From Clostridia bacterium (GTDB taxonomy: Bacteria; Bacillota; Clostridia; Oscillospirales; CAG-272): a stretch of 64,000 bases of DNA. Below, in pieces: positions 1 to 9,347 of this stretch (position 1 is the first letter of the stretch; each line of letters opens with the position of its first letter). The stretch is from assembly GCA_017504405.1 (NCBI GenBank), contig JAFVRG010000015.1, positions 5,750 to 69,749 on the forward strand, read 5' to 3'. Under the pieces are notes generated by a model, which made no database searches, was not told where the DNA came from, and worked only from the letters and a program-made list of their open reading frames with translations. The position numbers were made by a program, and so were the translations under genes.

Positions 1-105
1 TCCTTATGTACTGTGCTCTTACTGATAAGAAACCTACTCGCTGTTGCCCTCACTGTTGCGTTGTTATCTATCATATAACGTGCAAAAATCTCACAGCGCT
101 CGGCA

Positions 106-945
106 TTGTTGTATAGCATATCTACCCTCCAAACATTAGCTTTCACTAAAATATATGAAAGGCAAAACGATATAATGCTAAAAGAAGAATTAAAATTTGA
201 AACCTCTACCGTCCTCGAAGGAATGACCTCAATTTCCGCATTAATTAAAGGTTGGGATGGCGGCGTAAATGACCGAAAAATAGAAAAGATCCTGTATGAT
301 AAGGCGCGGGTTGAGAAAATATCACGTCAGTTGTCGTTTTTGAGGCATAGGGGCAAAGAGTGCGGCTTTGAAATAGAAGAATCAACCGCAGAAGAAATAG
401 ATACGCTAACTCTCGGCAATTCGCACGGTGGAATTGTAGCAATATGCTCTGACCGAACAATCCCTCCGCTAAATGCGAGCTTGATACCGCAAAACGGTTT
501 TTTTGTCATGATACAGGGGATAGAGGACCCTTACAATTTCGGATATGCTCTGCGCTCTCTGTATGCCTGCGGTTGCGACGGCGTTATACTTCCCGAAAGA
601 AACTGGATGGGTGCGGCGGGCGTAGTTGCCCGCTCCTCTGCAGGGGCAAGTGAAATGATGCAAATGTTCAAAGCAAAAGCCGAGGATACGGCAGATGCGT
701 TCAAATCCTGCGGATACCGAGTGGTAGCGGCGGATGAGCGAGGAGAAACATACCTGAAGGACGGTAATCTGAAACGCCCGATACTGCTGATAATAGGCGG
801 TGAGCGCAGGGGAATTTCCCGTTCATTGCTCGAAAAATGCGACGAATTAGTGAAGATAAATTACGGCAGAAGTTTTGACGCATCATTATCAGCGGCATCT
901 GCTGCAACGATTTTAGGTTATGAAATAATGATTAAAAACCTATGA
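106..945 (+). CDS. TrmH/SpoU-family RNA 2'-O-methyltransferase (RlmB-like)
   Basis: 279-aa ORF with C-terminal SpoU methylase motifs (PILLIIGGERRGIS; ASLSAASAATILGYEI). Start uncertain: TTG 106 or ATG 175. Confidence 0.75.
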   Translation: MLYSISTLQTLAFTKIYERQNDIMLKEELKFETSTVLEGMTSISALIKGWDGGVNDRKIEKILYDKARVEKISRQLSFLRHRGKECGFEIEESTAEEIDTLTLGNSHGGIVAICSDRTIPPLNASLIPQNGFFVMIQGIEDPYNFGYALRSLYACGCDGVILPERNWMGAAGVVARSSAGASEMMQMFKAKAEDTADAFKSCGYRVVAADERGETYLKDGNLKRPILLIIGGERRGISRSLLEKCDELVKINYGRSFDASLSAASAATILGYEIMIKNL

Positions 946-955
946 TAAAAACATA

Positions 956-985
956 GAAAAACGACCTCATTCGAGGTCGTTTTTC
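956..985. terminator. bidirectional rho-independent terminator between convergent genes
   Basis: ACGACCTC-ATTC-GAGGTCGT stem-loop (961-980), A-run before and T-run after. Confidence 0.6.
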
Positions 986-987
986 TA

Positions 988-2001
988 TTAGTCGGGATAT
1001 CCGTCGGGATTATTTTTCTGCCATCTCGCAGAATCCTCACACATTTTTGAAAGGTCACGCTCTGCCCTCCAGCCTAGTAGCTCTGCTGCCTTTGTCGGGT
1101 CTGCATAGCATTCTGCTATATCTCCGGGACGGCGGGGAGCAATCTTGTACTTAACCTCGGAGCCATATGCCTTTTCAAAAGCACGTACAATCTGCAATAC
1201 GGAATATCCGTTTCCTGTTCCTACGTTAACCTTTTCAACGCCCTTAGCGCCCTTTGCGTAATCAATAGCCTTCAAATGCGCGAGAGCGAGGTCGACAACG
1301 TGAATGTAGTCACGCACGCCAGTTCCATCCTCGGTGTCGTAATCGTCACCGAACACGCTCAGGCAAGGCAATTTGCCTGCCGCAACCTTAGCAACGTAGG
1401 GTAAGAGGTTGTTAGGTATTCCTCTCGGGTCCTCGCCAATCATTCCCGACTCGTGAGCGCCGATAGGATTGAAATAGCGAAGAATAACTGCGCTCATTTC
1501 AGGATTTGCGTTGCATACGTCGGTTATAATGCGCTCAATCATGAGCTTTGTTTCACCGTACGGATTCGTTGTTGAGAGCGGAAAATCCTCTCTGATGGGA
1601 ACCGATTTAGGAACTCCGTAAACCGTTGCAGATGAGCTGAATACAAGGTTATATACCTTATATTTTATCATGCAGTCAAGAAGATTAAAAGTGCCCGTAA
1701 GATTGTTATTGTAATATTTAAGCGGAATAGCAACGCTTTCACCAACCGCTTTGAGTCCTGCAAAATGAATTACGGAATCAAAATTATGCTTAGCGAACAC
1801 AGCGTCGAGCGCATCGCAATCAAGAAGGTCAACCTTATAGAAAATAGGACGCCTACCGCAAATCTTCTCTATTCTGTCAAGAACACATTCCTTGCTGTTC
1901 ATGAGATTGTCGACGATTACAACGTCTTTTCCTGTGTTTAACAGTTCAACAACGGTATGTGAACCGATATATCCTGTACCGCCTGTTACCAAAATAGCCA
2001 T
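988..2001 (-). CDS. galE: UDP-glucose 4-epimerase
   Basis: 337 aa; MAILVTGGTGYIGSH Rossmann start, YGETK (YxxxK) catalytic motif, GalE-like end to end. Confidence 0.9.
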   Translation of the reverse strand: MAILVTGGTGYIGSHTVVELLNTGKDVVIVDNLMNSKECVLDRIEKICGRRPIFYKVDLLDCDALDAVFAKHNFDSVIHFAGLKAVGESVAIPLKYYNNNLTGTFNLLDCMIKYKVYNLVFSSSATVYGVPKSVPIREDFPLSTTNPYGETKLMIERIITDVCNANPEMSAVILRYFNPIGAHESGMIGEDPRGIPNNLLPYVAKVAAGKLPCLSVFGDDYDTEDGTGVRDYIHVVDLALAHLKAIDYAKGAKGVEKVNVGTGNGYSVLQIVRAFEKAYGSEVKYKIAPRRPGDIAECYADPTKAAELLGWRAERDLSKMCEDSARWQKNNPDGYPD

Positions 2002-2020
2002 ATAAATCTCCTTTGCTATA

Positions 2021-2049
2021 AAACAAAAAGGCAGAATTAACTGCCTTTT
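2021..2049 (-). terminator. rho-independent terminator after rpmA
   Basis: On the minus strand: AAAAGGCAG-TTAATT-CTGCCTTTTTGTTTT directly after the rpmA stop. Confidence 0.6.
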
Positions 2050-2059
2050 ATATACGAAA

Positions 2060-2341
2060 TTAGTCAGCAGTTACTACGCTAACGTTTTTCTTGTTCTTTG
2101 CGACGTGCGAAAATTTAACAACGCCGTCAGTAAGAGCGAAGAGCGTATCGTCAGTTCCACGGCCTACGTTTTTACCGGGAGCAATCTTCGTTCCACGCTG
2201 TCTTACAATTATGTTGCCGGCAATAACTTTCTGACCGTCAGCCTTCTTAACGCCAAGGCGCTTGGATTCGCTGTCACGTCCGTTTTTTGTTGAACCGACA
2301 CCCTTTTTATGTGCGAAAAATTGTAAACTGAGTTTCAACAT
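2060..2341 (-). CDS. rpmA: 50S ribosomal protein L27 (with N-terminal propeptide)
   Basis: [32 protein letters not shown] signature. The GGAGG SD lies inside codons 2-3 of the track ORF, so I moved the start to ATG 2341. Confidence 0.9.
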   Translation of the reverse strand: MLKLSLQFFAHKKGVGSTKNGRDSESKRLGVKKADGQKVIAGNIIVRQRGTKIAPGKNVGRGTDDTLFALTDGVVKFSHVAKNKKNVSVVTAD

Positions 2342-2371
2342 TTTCAATACCTCCATAATTGATTAAATGAC

Positions 2372-2731
2372 TTAATTCAACGGCTCTTCCTTTTCCTCAA
2401 CCTCGAGAAATTCATAATATTCCTCGGTGAGCTCGGTGAGCTGATAGAAATAAGCCTCTATAAGACCAGAAACGGCAAAGCTTTTCTTTTCGTCGCTCTC
2501 GAACTGAGGGAGCGCACCCTTTGCAATAAGCTCGATGTCCGCTGTTTTTTCGTCAATTGTATACTCAACGCTTGATGCGTAGGTTATCTCAATTGCATTG
2601 ATGATGAGCATGGTCATTGCGGAGAGCGCAGAGCACAAGATGTCATCGCCCGATTCTCCGTAGCCTGTATGCCCTATTTCACGGAAACCGTAAAACCTAC
2701 CGTCTGTCTTATAAAACACTACCTTAGTCAT
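2372..2731 (-). CDS. prp: ribosomal-processing cysteine protease Prp
   Basis: 119 aa between rplU and rpmA; GHTGY...DILCSALS motifs of the Prp/YsxB family. Confidence 0.85.
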   Translation of the reverse strand: MTKVVFYKTDGRFYGFREIGHTGYGESGDDILCSALSAMTMLIINAIEITYASSVEYTIDEKTADIELIAKGALPQFESDEKKSFAVSGLIEAYFYQLTELTEEYYEFLEVEEKEEPLN

Positions 2732-2736
2732 AAAGC

Positions 2737-3048
2737 TTAAGCCTCAATCTTGGTAATCTGAATTTTCGTGTAAGCCTGTCTGTGACCTATCTTTTTCTTC
2801 TCGTTCTTCTTTGCCTTGTACTTAATAACGTAAATCTTCTTGGATTTGCCGTTCTTAACCACGTTAGCAGATACAGTAGCACCCTCAACGTAGGGAGCGC
2901 CAACGGTGAAGTTATCACCTGCGGAAACTGCAAGAACCTTGTCAAAGGTAACGCTCTCGCCGTCTTCAACGCCGAGCTTCTCAACGAAAATTACGTCGCC
3001 CTCGTTTACCTTGTACTGCTTTCCGCCTGTCTCAAAAATTGCAAACAT
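2737..3048 (-). CDS. rplU: 50S ribosomal protein L21
   Basis: [18 protein letters not shown] signature. SD AGAGAGGTG lies 7 nt upstream of ATG 3048; the track ORF (to 3102) is over-extended. Confidence 0.9.
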   Translation of the reverse strand: MFAIFETGGKQYKVNEGDVIFVEKLGVEDGESVTFDKVLAVSAGDNFTVGAPYVEGATVSANVVKNGKSKKIYVIKYKAKKNEKKKIGHRQAYTKIQITKIEA

Positions 3049-3128
3049 GAAAAAGCACCTCTCTTTCATCAAAACTCGCTGCGACAGGCGTGTGATTAAC
3101 ACAACTTATCTGCCATGGCACATGCGTC
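3049..3128 (-). promoter_or_regulatory. 5' leader of the rplU-prp-rpmA operon (position of the Firmicute L21 leader)
   Basis: About 80 nt between the predicted -10 and ATG 3048, with small hairpins (GTGTG-TTAAT-CACAC; TGCCATGGCA palindrome). Family assignment not verified. Confidence 0.3.
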
Positions 3129-3135
3129 GGGAGAT

Positions 3136-3165
3136 ATTATATCATAATATAAATTAGATTGTCAA
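3136..3165 (-). promoter_or_regulatory. sigma-A type promoter of the rplU operon
   Basis: Minus strand: TTGACA, 18-nt spacer, TGaTATAAT (extended -10). Confidence 0.6.
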
Positions 3166-3194
3166 TACTTTTTTCAAAAAAATATTGTATATTT

Positions 3195-3220
3195 AAGAAA
3201 ACCTGTATAAAGCATACAGG
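3195..3220 (-). terminator. rho-independent terminator after leuS
   Basis: Minus strand: CCTGTAT-GCTTT-ATACAGG followed by TTTTCTT. Confidence 0.55.
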
Positions 3221-3251
3221 GCGGTGCGTAAAACACCGACCTGTAATCATT

Positions 3252-5654
3252 TTACCGTACTACGATATTGATGATTTTGTTGGGAACTACTATTTCCTTG
3301 ATAATTGTCTTGCCGTCAAGAAGACTTGCAAATTTAGGCTCTGCCTTAACAGCAGCAATTGCAGCATCCTTATCGCAGTTAACGGGAAGTACAATAGTAC
3401 CTCTGAGCTTACCGCAAATCTGCACAGCAAATTCTACGGTGCTGTCTACGGTTTTTGCCTCGTCATATTCGGGCCAGGGAGCAAGAGAGATGAACTCCTT
3501 TTCTCCGAGGTCAGCCCACATTTCCTCAGCGATATGAGGAGAGAACGGTGCTAACAGACGCAGGAAAATCTTTAATTCGTCAACTGTGTATTCTCCAACC
3601 TCCAAAACCTCGTTTATATAACCCATCATAGCCGCAATAGCGGTATTGAATTTCATAGAATCTATGTCCGAGGTTACCTTCTTTATGAGCTTATGCGTTG
3701 CGCTCTCGAGCTTAACTGTTACGCCGTTACCCTTAGCAATTGTTGCGAGGTCGGCAACTCTCTCCAAAAATCTCTTGCAGCCCTTAACACTGTTTTCTGA
3801 CCAGGGAGCCGCCTGCTCATAGTCACCCATAAAGAGAATATAAAGACGCAATACGTCTGCACCGTAGGTTTCTACAACCTCAAGAGGGTCTACAACATTG
3901 CCCTTAGATTTACTCATCTTATCTCCGTCAGGACCTAGAATGAGTCCCTGAGCAGTTCTCTTTGCATACGGCTCAGATGTAGGCACAACACCTATATCGT
4001 AAAGGAATTTGTGCCAGAATCTCGAATAAATGAGGTGACGTGTTACGTGCTCCATTCCACCGTTGTACCAGTCAACGGGGAGCCAATATCTGAGCTTATC
4101 CTCAGCCGCAATAGCATCACTGTTGTGGGGGTCTATATAGCGGAGGAAATACCATGACGAGCCTGCCCATTGAGGCATCGTGTCGGTTTCTCTCTTAGCC
4201 GGCTTGCCGCACTTAGGGCACTTGCAGTTAACGTAGCTTTCAATCTTAGCGAGGGGGCTCTCTCCACCCTCACCGGGGGCAAAATCCTTGACCTCGGGAA
4301 GCATGAGCGGCAGTTCCTCATAAGGAACAGCAACCATTCCGCAGTCATCGCAGTGAACGATAGGAATAGGCTCACCCCAATATCTCTGACGGTTGAACGC
4401 CCAGTCCTTCATTTTGTACTGAACGCCGCCCTCGCCGATATTATTTGCCTCAAGATGCTCTATCATTTTTGCGATAGAATCCTTCTTGTTTGTGAAGCCG
4501 TTGAGAAAATCGGAATTTACCATCTCACCGTCGCCTGTATATGCCGCCTCAGCAATATTTCCGCCCTTGATAACCTCGATTATGTCTATGCCAAACTTCT
4601 TTGCGAAATCGTAGTCACGCTCGTCGTGTGCGGGAACAGCCATAATTGCGCCTGTTCCGTAGCCCATCATTACGTAGTCCGAGGTGTAAATGGGAATTTT
4701 CTTGCCTGTTATAGGATTGATAGCGGATATGCCCTCAATTTTAACTCCCGTCTTTTCCTTTACAAGCTGAGTTCTCTCAAATTCGGTCTTCTTTGCGCAC
4801 TCGTTTTTATAATCGTTCAGCGCATCTATGTTGCTGATTTTATCTGCGTATTTCTCAATAATAGGATGCTCGGGGGCTATAACCATGAACGTTACTCCGA
4901 ATAGCGTATCGGGACGTGTTGTGTAAATTCTGAGCTTTTCATCAACACAAGCAAGCGAAAAGTTAACAAACGCGCCCTGAGATTTTCCTATCCAGTTCTT
5001 CTGCTGGAGCTTTATGTTGGGAAGATAATCAACATCCTCAAGTCCTTCAAGAAGCTTATCAGCATACTCTGTTATGCGCAGATACCATACGTCCTTTGAC
5101 TTTTGTATTATCTGGCTCTTACAAATATCGCATTTACCGCCCTGCGAATCCTCATTGGAAAGCACGACCTTACAGCTTGGGCAGTAGTTTACGAGCGTTT
5201 TGTCACGAAAAGCAAGTCCGTTCTCAAACATTTTGAGGAATATCCACTGCGTCCATTTGTAGTAATCAACTTCAGTTGTATCGATAACTCTTGACCAGTC
5301 AAACGAGAAGCCGACTCGGCGGAGCTGCATCGAAAACTTCTCGATATTGTTATCAGTAACCTGACGGGGGTGAATGCCTGTTTTTATAGCATAGTTCTCG
5401 GTAGGCAGACCGTATGCGTCAAATCCGATAGGGAAAAGAACGTTGTAGCCCTGCATTCTCTTCTTTCTTGAAATAACCTCAAGACCGGAATACGCCTTGA
5501 TATGTCCGACGTGCATTCCTGCACCGCTCGGATAGGGGAATTCGACAAGACCGTAAAACTTAGGGAGCGAAAAATCGTCTTTCGCCTCGAAAATCTTAGC
5601 ATCCTCCCACTTTTTTTGCCATTTAGGCTCGATTGATTTGAAATCGTACTTCAT
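3252..5654 (-). CDS. leuS: leucine--tRNA ligase
   Basis: 800 aa; class I HIGH (HVGH) and KMSKS motifs; LeuRS-like throughout. Confidence 0.95.
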   Translation of the reverse strand: MKYDFKSIEPKWQKKWEDAKIFEAKDDFSLPKFYGLVEFPYPSGAGMHVGHIKAYSGLEVISRKKRMQGYNVLFPIGFDAYGLPTENYAIKTGIHPRQVTDNNIEKFSMQLRRVGFSFDWSRVIDTTEVDYYKWTQWIFLKMFENGLAFRDKTLVNYCPSCKVVLSNEDSQGGKCDICKSQIIQKSKDVWYLRITEYADKLLEGLEDVDYLPNIKLQQKNWIGKSQGAFVNFSLACVDEKLRIYTTRPDTLFGVTFMVIAPEHPIIEKYADKISNIDALNDYKNECAKKTEFERTQLVKEKTGVKIEGISAINPITGKKIPIYTSDYVMMGYGTGAIMAVPAHDERDYDFAKKFGIDIIEVIKGGNIAEAAYTGDGEMVNSDFLNGFTNKKDSIAKMIEHLEANNIGEGGVQYKMKDWAFNRQRYWGEPIPIVHCDDCGMVAVPYEELPLMLPEVKDFAPGEGGESPLAKIESYVNCKCPKCGKPAKRETDTMPQWAGSSWYFLRYIDPHNSDAIAAEDKLRYWLPVDWYNGGMEHVTRHLIYSRFWHKFLYDIGVVPTSEPYAKRTAQGLILGPDGDKMSKSKGNVVDPLEVVETYGADVLRLYILFMGDYEQAAPWSENSVKGCKRFLERVADLATIAKGNGVTVKLESATHKLIKKVTSDIDSMKFNTAIAAMMGYINEVLEVGEYTVDELKIFLRLLAPFSPHIAEEMWADLGEKEFISLAPWPEYDEAKTVDSTVEFAVQICGKLRGTIVLPVNCDKDAAIAAVKAEPKFASLLDGKTIIKEIVVPNKIINIVVR

Positions 5655-5690
5655 AATAAATCCTCTATGTAAATTATATTTTTTGCTAAA

Positions 5691-6101
5691 TCAGTTTTCC
5701 GAGGCCGACATTTCCCTGTCAAGAGCCTCTTCAATATCGGATATGTCTATCTCCTCGCCGCCAAGACGCTCGAGATTGTAAAATTCACGGGCATCCCGTC
5801 CGAAAACGTGTATGATGACGTTATCGTAGTCGATAAGTATCCATTCTCCCCCGTCCCTACCCTCAAAGTGGGAGGGATTTACGCCCGCCTCGGCGAATTT
5901 GTCAACCAAATCGTCGGAGAGAGATTTTACGTGTGTTGTGGAGCGAGCGGTGGTTATAACGTAATAATCAGCGATAACTGTTGAATCGGTGACGTTAAAA
6001 AGCTTCGTATTAATTCCTTTATTTGCAAGAACTGCACGGACAGCCTCCCTCGCCATCCTCTCAGGTGTAGCACCTGTCAGATTTTCAATTTTTATATTCA
6101 T
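5691..6101 (-). CDS. rsfS: ribosome silencing factor RsfS (iojap-like)
   Basis: 136 aa; ADYYVITTARSTTHVKSL...WILIDYDNVIIHVF motifs; yqeK-rsfS-leuS context. Confidence 0.85.
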   Translation of the reverse strand: MNIKIENLTGATPERMAREAVRAVLANKGINTKLFNVTDSTVIADYYVITTARSTTHVKSLSDDLVDKFAEAGVNPSHFEGRDGGEWILIDYDNVIIHVFGRDAREFYNLERLGGEEIDISDIEEALDREMSASEN

Positions 6102-6102
6102 A

Positions 6103-7137
6103 TTAGCCTCCTTGGCGAAAATTCAGTTTTGGTATATTGTTATCGGTATATATTTTTGCCGTATAATTTTTATCGTAATAGATATTTTTGAAGGAAAGAT
6201 TGCTTTCGTCGCAAAAAACGGTATTCTTGTCGAATGTTAGACTTCTGCCTTGGTTTATATATTCTTTTAATGTGTTTTCAGTGGAAATTTTATTGAGCAC
6301 ATAGTACCATGCGCCACTGTTTTCAGCGTATCTTTTTGCCTCTCCCGGGGCAGTCATAATTCGCAAAGACAACCCTTCATCAGTAGCCAAAGAATAAATA
6401 TCGAGGACATCTCTGGGAGAAAAATTAGTCACCATTTCCTTGGAAATCTCTGCCGCCAGCTTGATTTTTTCAATAGCTGAGGTATCGGTAGTCAACTTGT
6501 TATACAAAGCGCTTATAAGCATTTTTTGTGCGTCAAGCCTGCCTAAATCTCCCTCTATATATCCGTATCTGTATCTGACAAAATCAACAGCCTGCTCTCC
6601 GGATAAATTTTGAACACCCTTCTCTATTGCAATATCGAGCGACTGAGCCTCGTCCTCATAATACATATCAAAAGGAACATTGAGCGTAACTCCACCGAGG
6701 TCATCAATGACATGGGCAAATATTGAGGTATCGAGCAAGGCGTATTTGTCTATTTCAACCCCGAGGTTTTCGGAGAGAAAACCTGAAAATCTACGCATTG
6801 CGAGGTGCTTATCACCGTTAGATTCAGAAAGCATACGTGCGTAAACACTGTTAATTTTACGCCCCTCGCCCTCATAGCTGACATAGGTATCTCTCGGAAG
6901 CTGTATAGCGGTAAGATATCTGTCGCTCTGCGAGAGCGAAATAAGCATAATAACGTCTGCATTGTTAGCCGCAGTGTCCACACCTACCAATAAGGCATTG
7001 AAGGATGCGTCAGTATCCGTCGGTTGGGTACCGTCATCGGAAAAGGAAACGATGCACACAGCGATCATAGTAACCAGGATAAGAGTCATACAAACTGCAA
7101 ATATGATGATAAAATTGCGCGATTTTTTCACAGCCAC
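6103..7137 (-). CDS. LytR-CpsA-Psr (LCP) family protein
   Basis: N-terminal TM helix, then an LCP domain (NALLVGVDTAANNADVIMLISL...LPRDTYV). Confidence 0.8.
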   Translation of the reverse strand: MAVKKSRNFIIIFAVCMTLILVTMIAVCIVSFSDDGTQPTDTDASFNALLVGVDTAANNADVIMLISLSQSDRYLTAIQLPRDTYVSYEGEGRKINSVYARMLSESNGDKHLAMRRFSGFLSENLGVEIDKYALLDTSIFAHVIDDLGGVTLNVPFDMYYEDEAQSLDIAIEKGVQNLSGEQAVDFVRYRYGYIEGDLGRLDAQKMLISALYNKLTTDTSAIEKIKLAAEISKEMVTNFSPRDVLDIYSLATDEGLSLRIMTAPGEAKRYAENSGAWYYVLNKISTENTLKEYINQGRSLTFDKNTVFCDESNLSFKNIYYDKNYTAKIYTDNNIPKLNFRQGG

Positions 7138-7179
7138 TAACCTCTTTTTTTAGGTTAGTTTTAGCTATATCGTTTTTTC

Positions 7180-7812
7180 TTATTCCCGACTTCCGTTGTT
7201 AAGTTTTTCTACAAGAAAAGCTCGTGCTGCAAATGAATTCGAATGAACAAACCCGCCTTTTTGTATTAAATGTTCGATAGTTTGATTGATGGATTCAAGG
7301 CAAATTTTATGCAAAACCTGTACATAATCTTCGGCAGAGCTTTTTTTGAGCTCATCGAGCAATCTATTTCTGAGTGCAATGCAGGACTCATGCCTTCGAG
7401 TGTCCTCTACGTAATCTGCAAGGTACAAAATTTCGTCAAAAACACTCATATCAGCGCATCCGGTCGAATGACAGGAAATTGCGTGGATTATTTCTGGCGT
7501 GATATAATCGGAAAAACTCTTCTCCGCCATTTTCGCACCGCTGAGCTGATGCAGCGTCTTTTCAGACATAACGTCGTCACAGGTTAATTGCACGCCCTCT
7601 GTGGCCAAAAAATGTTTCTGGTCGGCGTATGGCATTTCCTTAGTTATATCGTGAAGAAGCGCAGCTACTCTGAGCTCATATAGCTTATGGGGCAAAATCC
7701 TTTCGCCAATAAACACAACAGCGCGTTCAACGCCAAGTGTATGCTCATATCTGTCAGCGCTCAAATTACAGCGGATTTTTTGTCTTAAGCAATCAAGCTT
7801 CTCGGTGTTCAC
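7180..7812 (-). CDS. yqeK: HD-domain bis(5'-nucleosyl)-tetraphosphatase YqeK
   Basis: RYEHTLGV and AALLHDITKE HD motifs; directly downstream of nadD with a 4-nt overlap. Confidence 0.8.
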   Translation of the reverse strand: MNTEKLDCLRQKIRCNLSADRYEHTLGVERAVVFIGERILPHKLYELRVAALLHDITKEMPYADQKHFLATEGVQLTCDDVMSEKTLHQLSGAKMAEKSFSDYITPEIIHAISCHSTGCADMSVFDEILYLADYVEDTRRHESCIALRNRLLDELKKSSAEDYVQVLHKICLESINQTIEHLIQKGGFVHSNSFAARAFLVEKLNNGSRE

Positions 7813-8429
7813 TTATATAATCCGTTTTCGATAATGTAGTCGAAAACTTCCCTTTTCAGTTGATTTTTGTTATATTTACGCTCTTTTAGTGCTTTTCGGA
7901 CCTCGGTTGAGGACATCTCGGTTACAGGTGCAGAAAGATTCACTATGCGAGCATTATATTTTAATTTGTAAAAATTGCTTTTTTCAACGATTTTTTGTCC
8001 CAAGTCATCGCTCATTTCACGGCGCATGAGGACAATTGTTGCATTTTCAAAGATTTTCTCAGGCTTGTACCACTCGTCAAGAGTTACGAACATATCAGTT
8101 CCCACCAAAAGATACAAATCAGTATCTTCGCCTTTTAATTCACTCAAGGTATCGGCGGTGTAGCTGACTCCGCTACGTTTGATTTCCAAATCGGAAACGA
8201 ATGCATTGGGCACGCCGTCAAAGGCGATTTTGCACATTTGAAGGCGCTGGTTGGCATCAGCCTCGCCCTTGTAAGCCTTGTGTGGCGGAATACAGGTAGG
8301 AATGATATAGAGCTTATCAATTGAAAGCTGCTCTGCAAAGCTGATTGCCGCAGATACGTGTCCGTTATGAGGCGGAGAAAAGGTTCCGCCGAAAATACCT
8401 ATCCGTATTTTCCTTTCGGAGCGGCTCAT
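7809..8429 (-). CDS. nadD: nicotinate-nucleotide adenylyltransferase
   Basis: IGIFGGTFSPPHNGH nucleotidyltransferase motif and C-terminal SSTEVR motif. Confidence 0.9.
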   Translation of the reverse strand: MSRSERKIRIGIFGGTFSPPHNGHVSAAISFAEQLSIDKLYIIPTCIPPHKAYKGEADANQRLQMCKIAFDGVPNAFVSDLEIKRSGVSYTADTLSELKGEDTDLYLLVGTDMFVTLDEWYKPEKIFENATIVLMRREMSDDLGQKIVEKSNFYKLKYNARIVNLSAPVTEMSSTEVRKALKERKYNKNQLKREVFDYIIENGLYK

Positions 8430-8716
8430 AATAGCTCAATCCTGCTCTTTTTTTCGGATTTTTTATACAAAACGAATTTATTACCCACGGTACACACAAT
8501 TTCTGCACCAATAGCGTCCGATATTTCCTCTGCCGCTTCCTTGGCAGTATAGCCGCTGTTTTCAAGGACCTTTGCCTTTATAAGCTCACGTGCCTCCAAG
8601 GCATTTGCTATCTGACGGCAGGTTTCCTCACTGACGCCGCCCTTTCCTATCTGAAAGATAGTGTCTATATTCATAGCCATAGAACGCAAATATGCCCTAT
8701 TTTTACTTGTTAACAT
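8426..8716 (-). CDS. yhbY: ribosome-assembly RNA-binding protein YhbY (CRM domain)
   Basis: LTSKNRAYLRSMA...IFQIGKGGVSEE CRM motif. ATG 8716 lies just after the rdgB stop; the longer track ORF overlaps rdgB. Confidence 0.8.
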   Translation of the reverse strand: MLTSKNRAYLRSMAMNIDTIFQIGKGGVSEETCRQIANALEARELIKAKVLENSGYTAKEAAEEISDAIGAEIVCTVGNKFVLYKKSEKKSRIELL

Positions 8717-8717
8717 A

Positions 8718-9347
8718 TCATTTAAGCCTTTCTTTCGCATATTCCAAAAAAGAACGTATAAATTTTTCTGACGCAACTCCACGGTGGCTTATGAGATTTT
8801 TCTCATCCTGTGTCATTTCTGCAAAGGTTTTATTCATCGAAGGGACGAAAAACAGGGGATCATAGCCAAATCCGCCCTCACCGCACAGGGATTTCGCAAT
8901 CACACCGTGACATTCGCCACGGACGGTAAAATGCTCTCCGTCAGGAAAAGCGCAGGAAATACAGCAGACAAAGCTTGCTTTTCTGTCTGTATCACCCGTT
9001 TTTTCAAGCTCTTTTAGCAGTTTTTTGTTGTTTTCGGCATCGTTATGCCCCTCGCCCGCATATCTTGCGGAATAAACACCGGGAGCACCGCCCAGAGCCT
9101 CAACGGATAGTCCTGAGTCGTCTGCTATGCAGATGTAACCGAGGCGAGCCCCTGCCTCTGCCTTTATGAGTGAATTTTCCTCAAAGGTGGAGCCGTTTTC
9201 GATTATTTCATCAGTAAATTCAATATCCTTAAGCGTGAGAAGCGTGACATCCCCGATTTTATCGGAATATCTCTCAAAAATACGGGAAAATTCGCTGACC
9301 TTATGCTTATTGTTGGTAGCTAAAAGAATTTTCAATTTTAACCTCAA
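8718..9347 (-). CDS. rdgB: non-canonical purine NTP pyrophosphatase (RdgB/HAM1 family)
   Basis: ILLATNNKHKVSEF and GGFGYDPLFFVP motifs. Confidence 0.85.
   Translation of the reverse strand: MRLKLKILLATNNKHKVSEFSRIFERYSDKIGDVTLLTLKDIEFTDEIIENGSTFEENSLIKAEAGARLGYICIADDSGLSVEALGGAPGVYSARYAGEGHNDAENNKKLLKELEKTGDTDRKASFVCCISCAFPDGEHFTVRGECHGVIAKSLCGEGGFGYDPLFFVPSMNKTFAEMTQDEKNLISHRGVASEKFIRSFLEYAKERLK

Noticed and set aside
4170-4904. 244-aa plus-strand ORF inside leuS.
   Set aside because: Antisense to a conserved LeuRS region, with no SD and no motifs.
5655-5690. T-box leader upstream of leuS.
   Set aside because: Only 36 nt separate leuS from rsfS, so there is no room for a T-box. leuS appears co-transcribed with the upstream genes.
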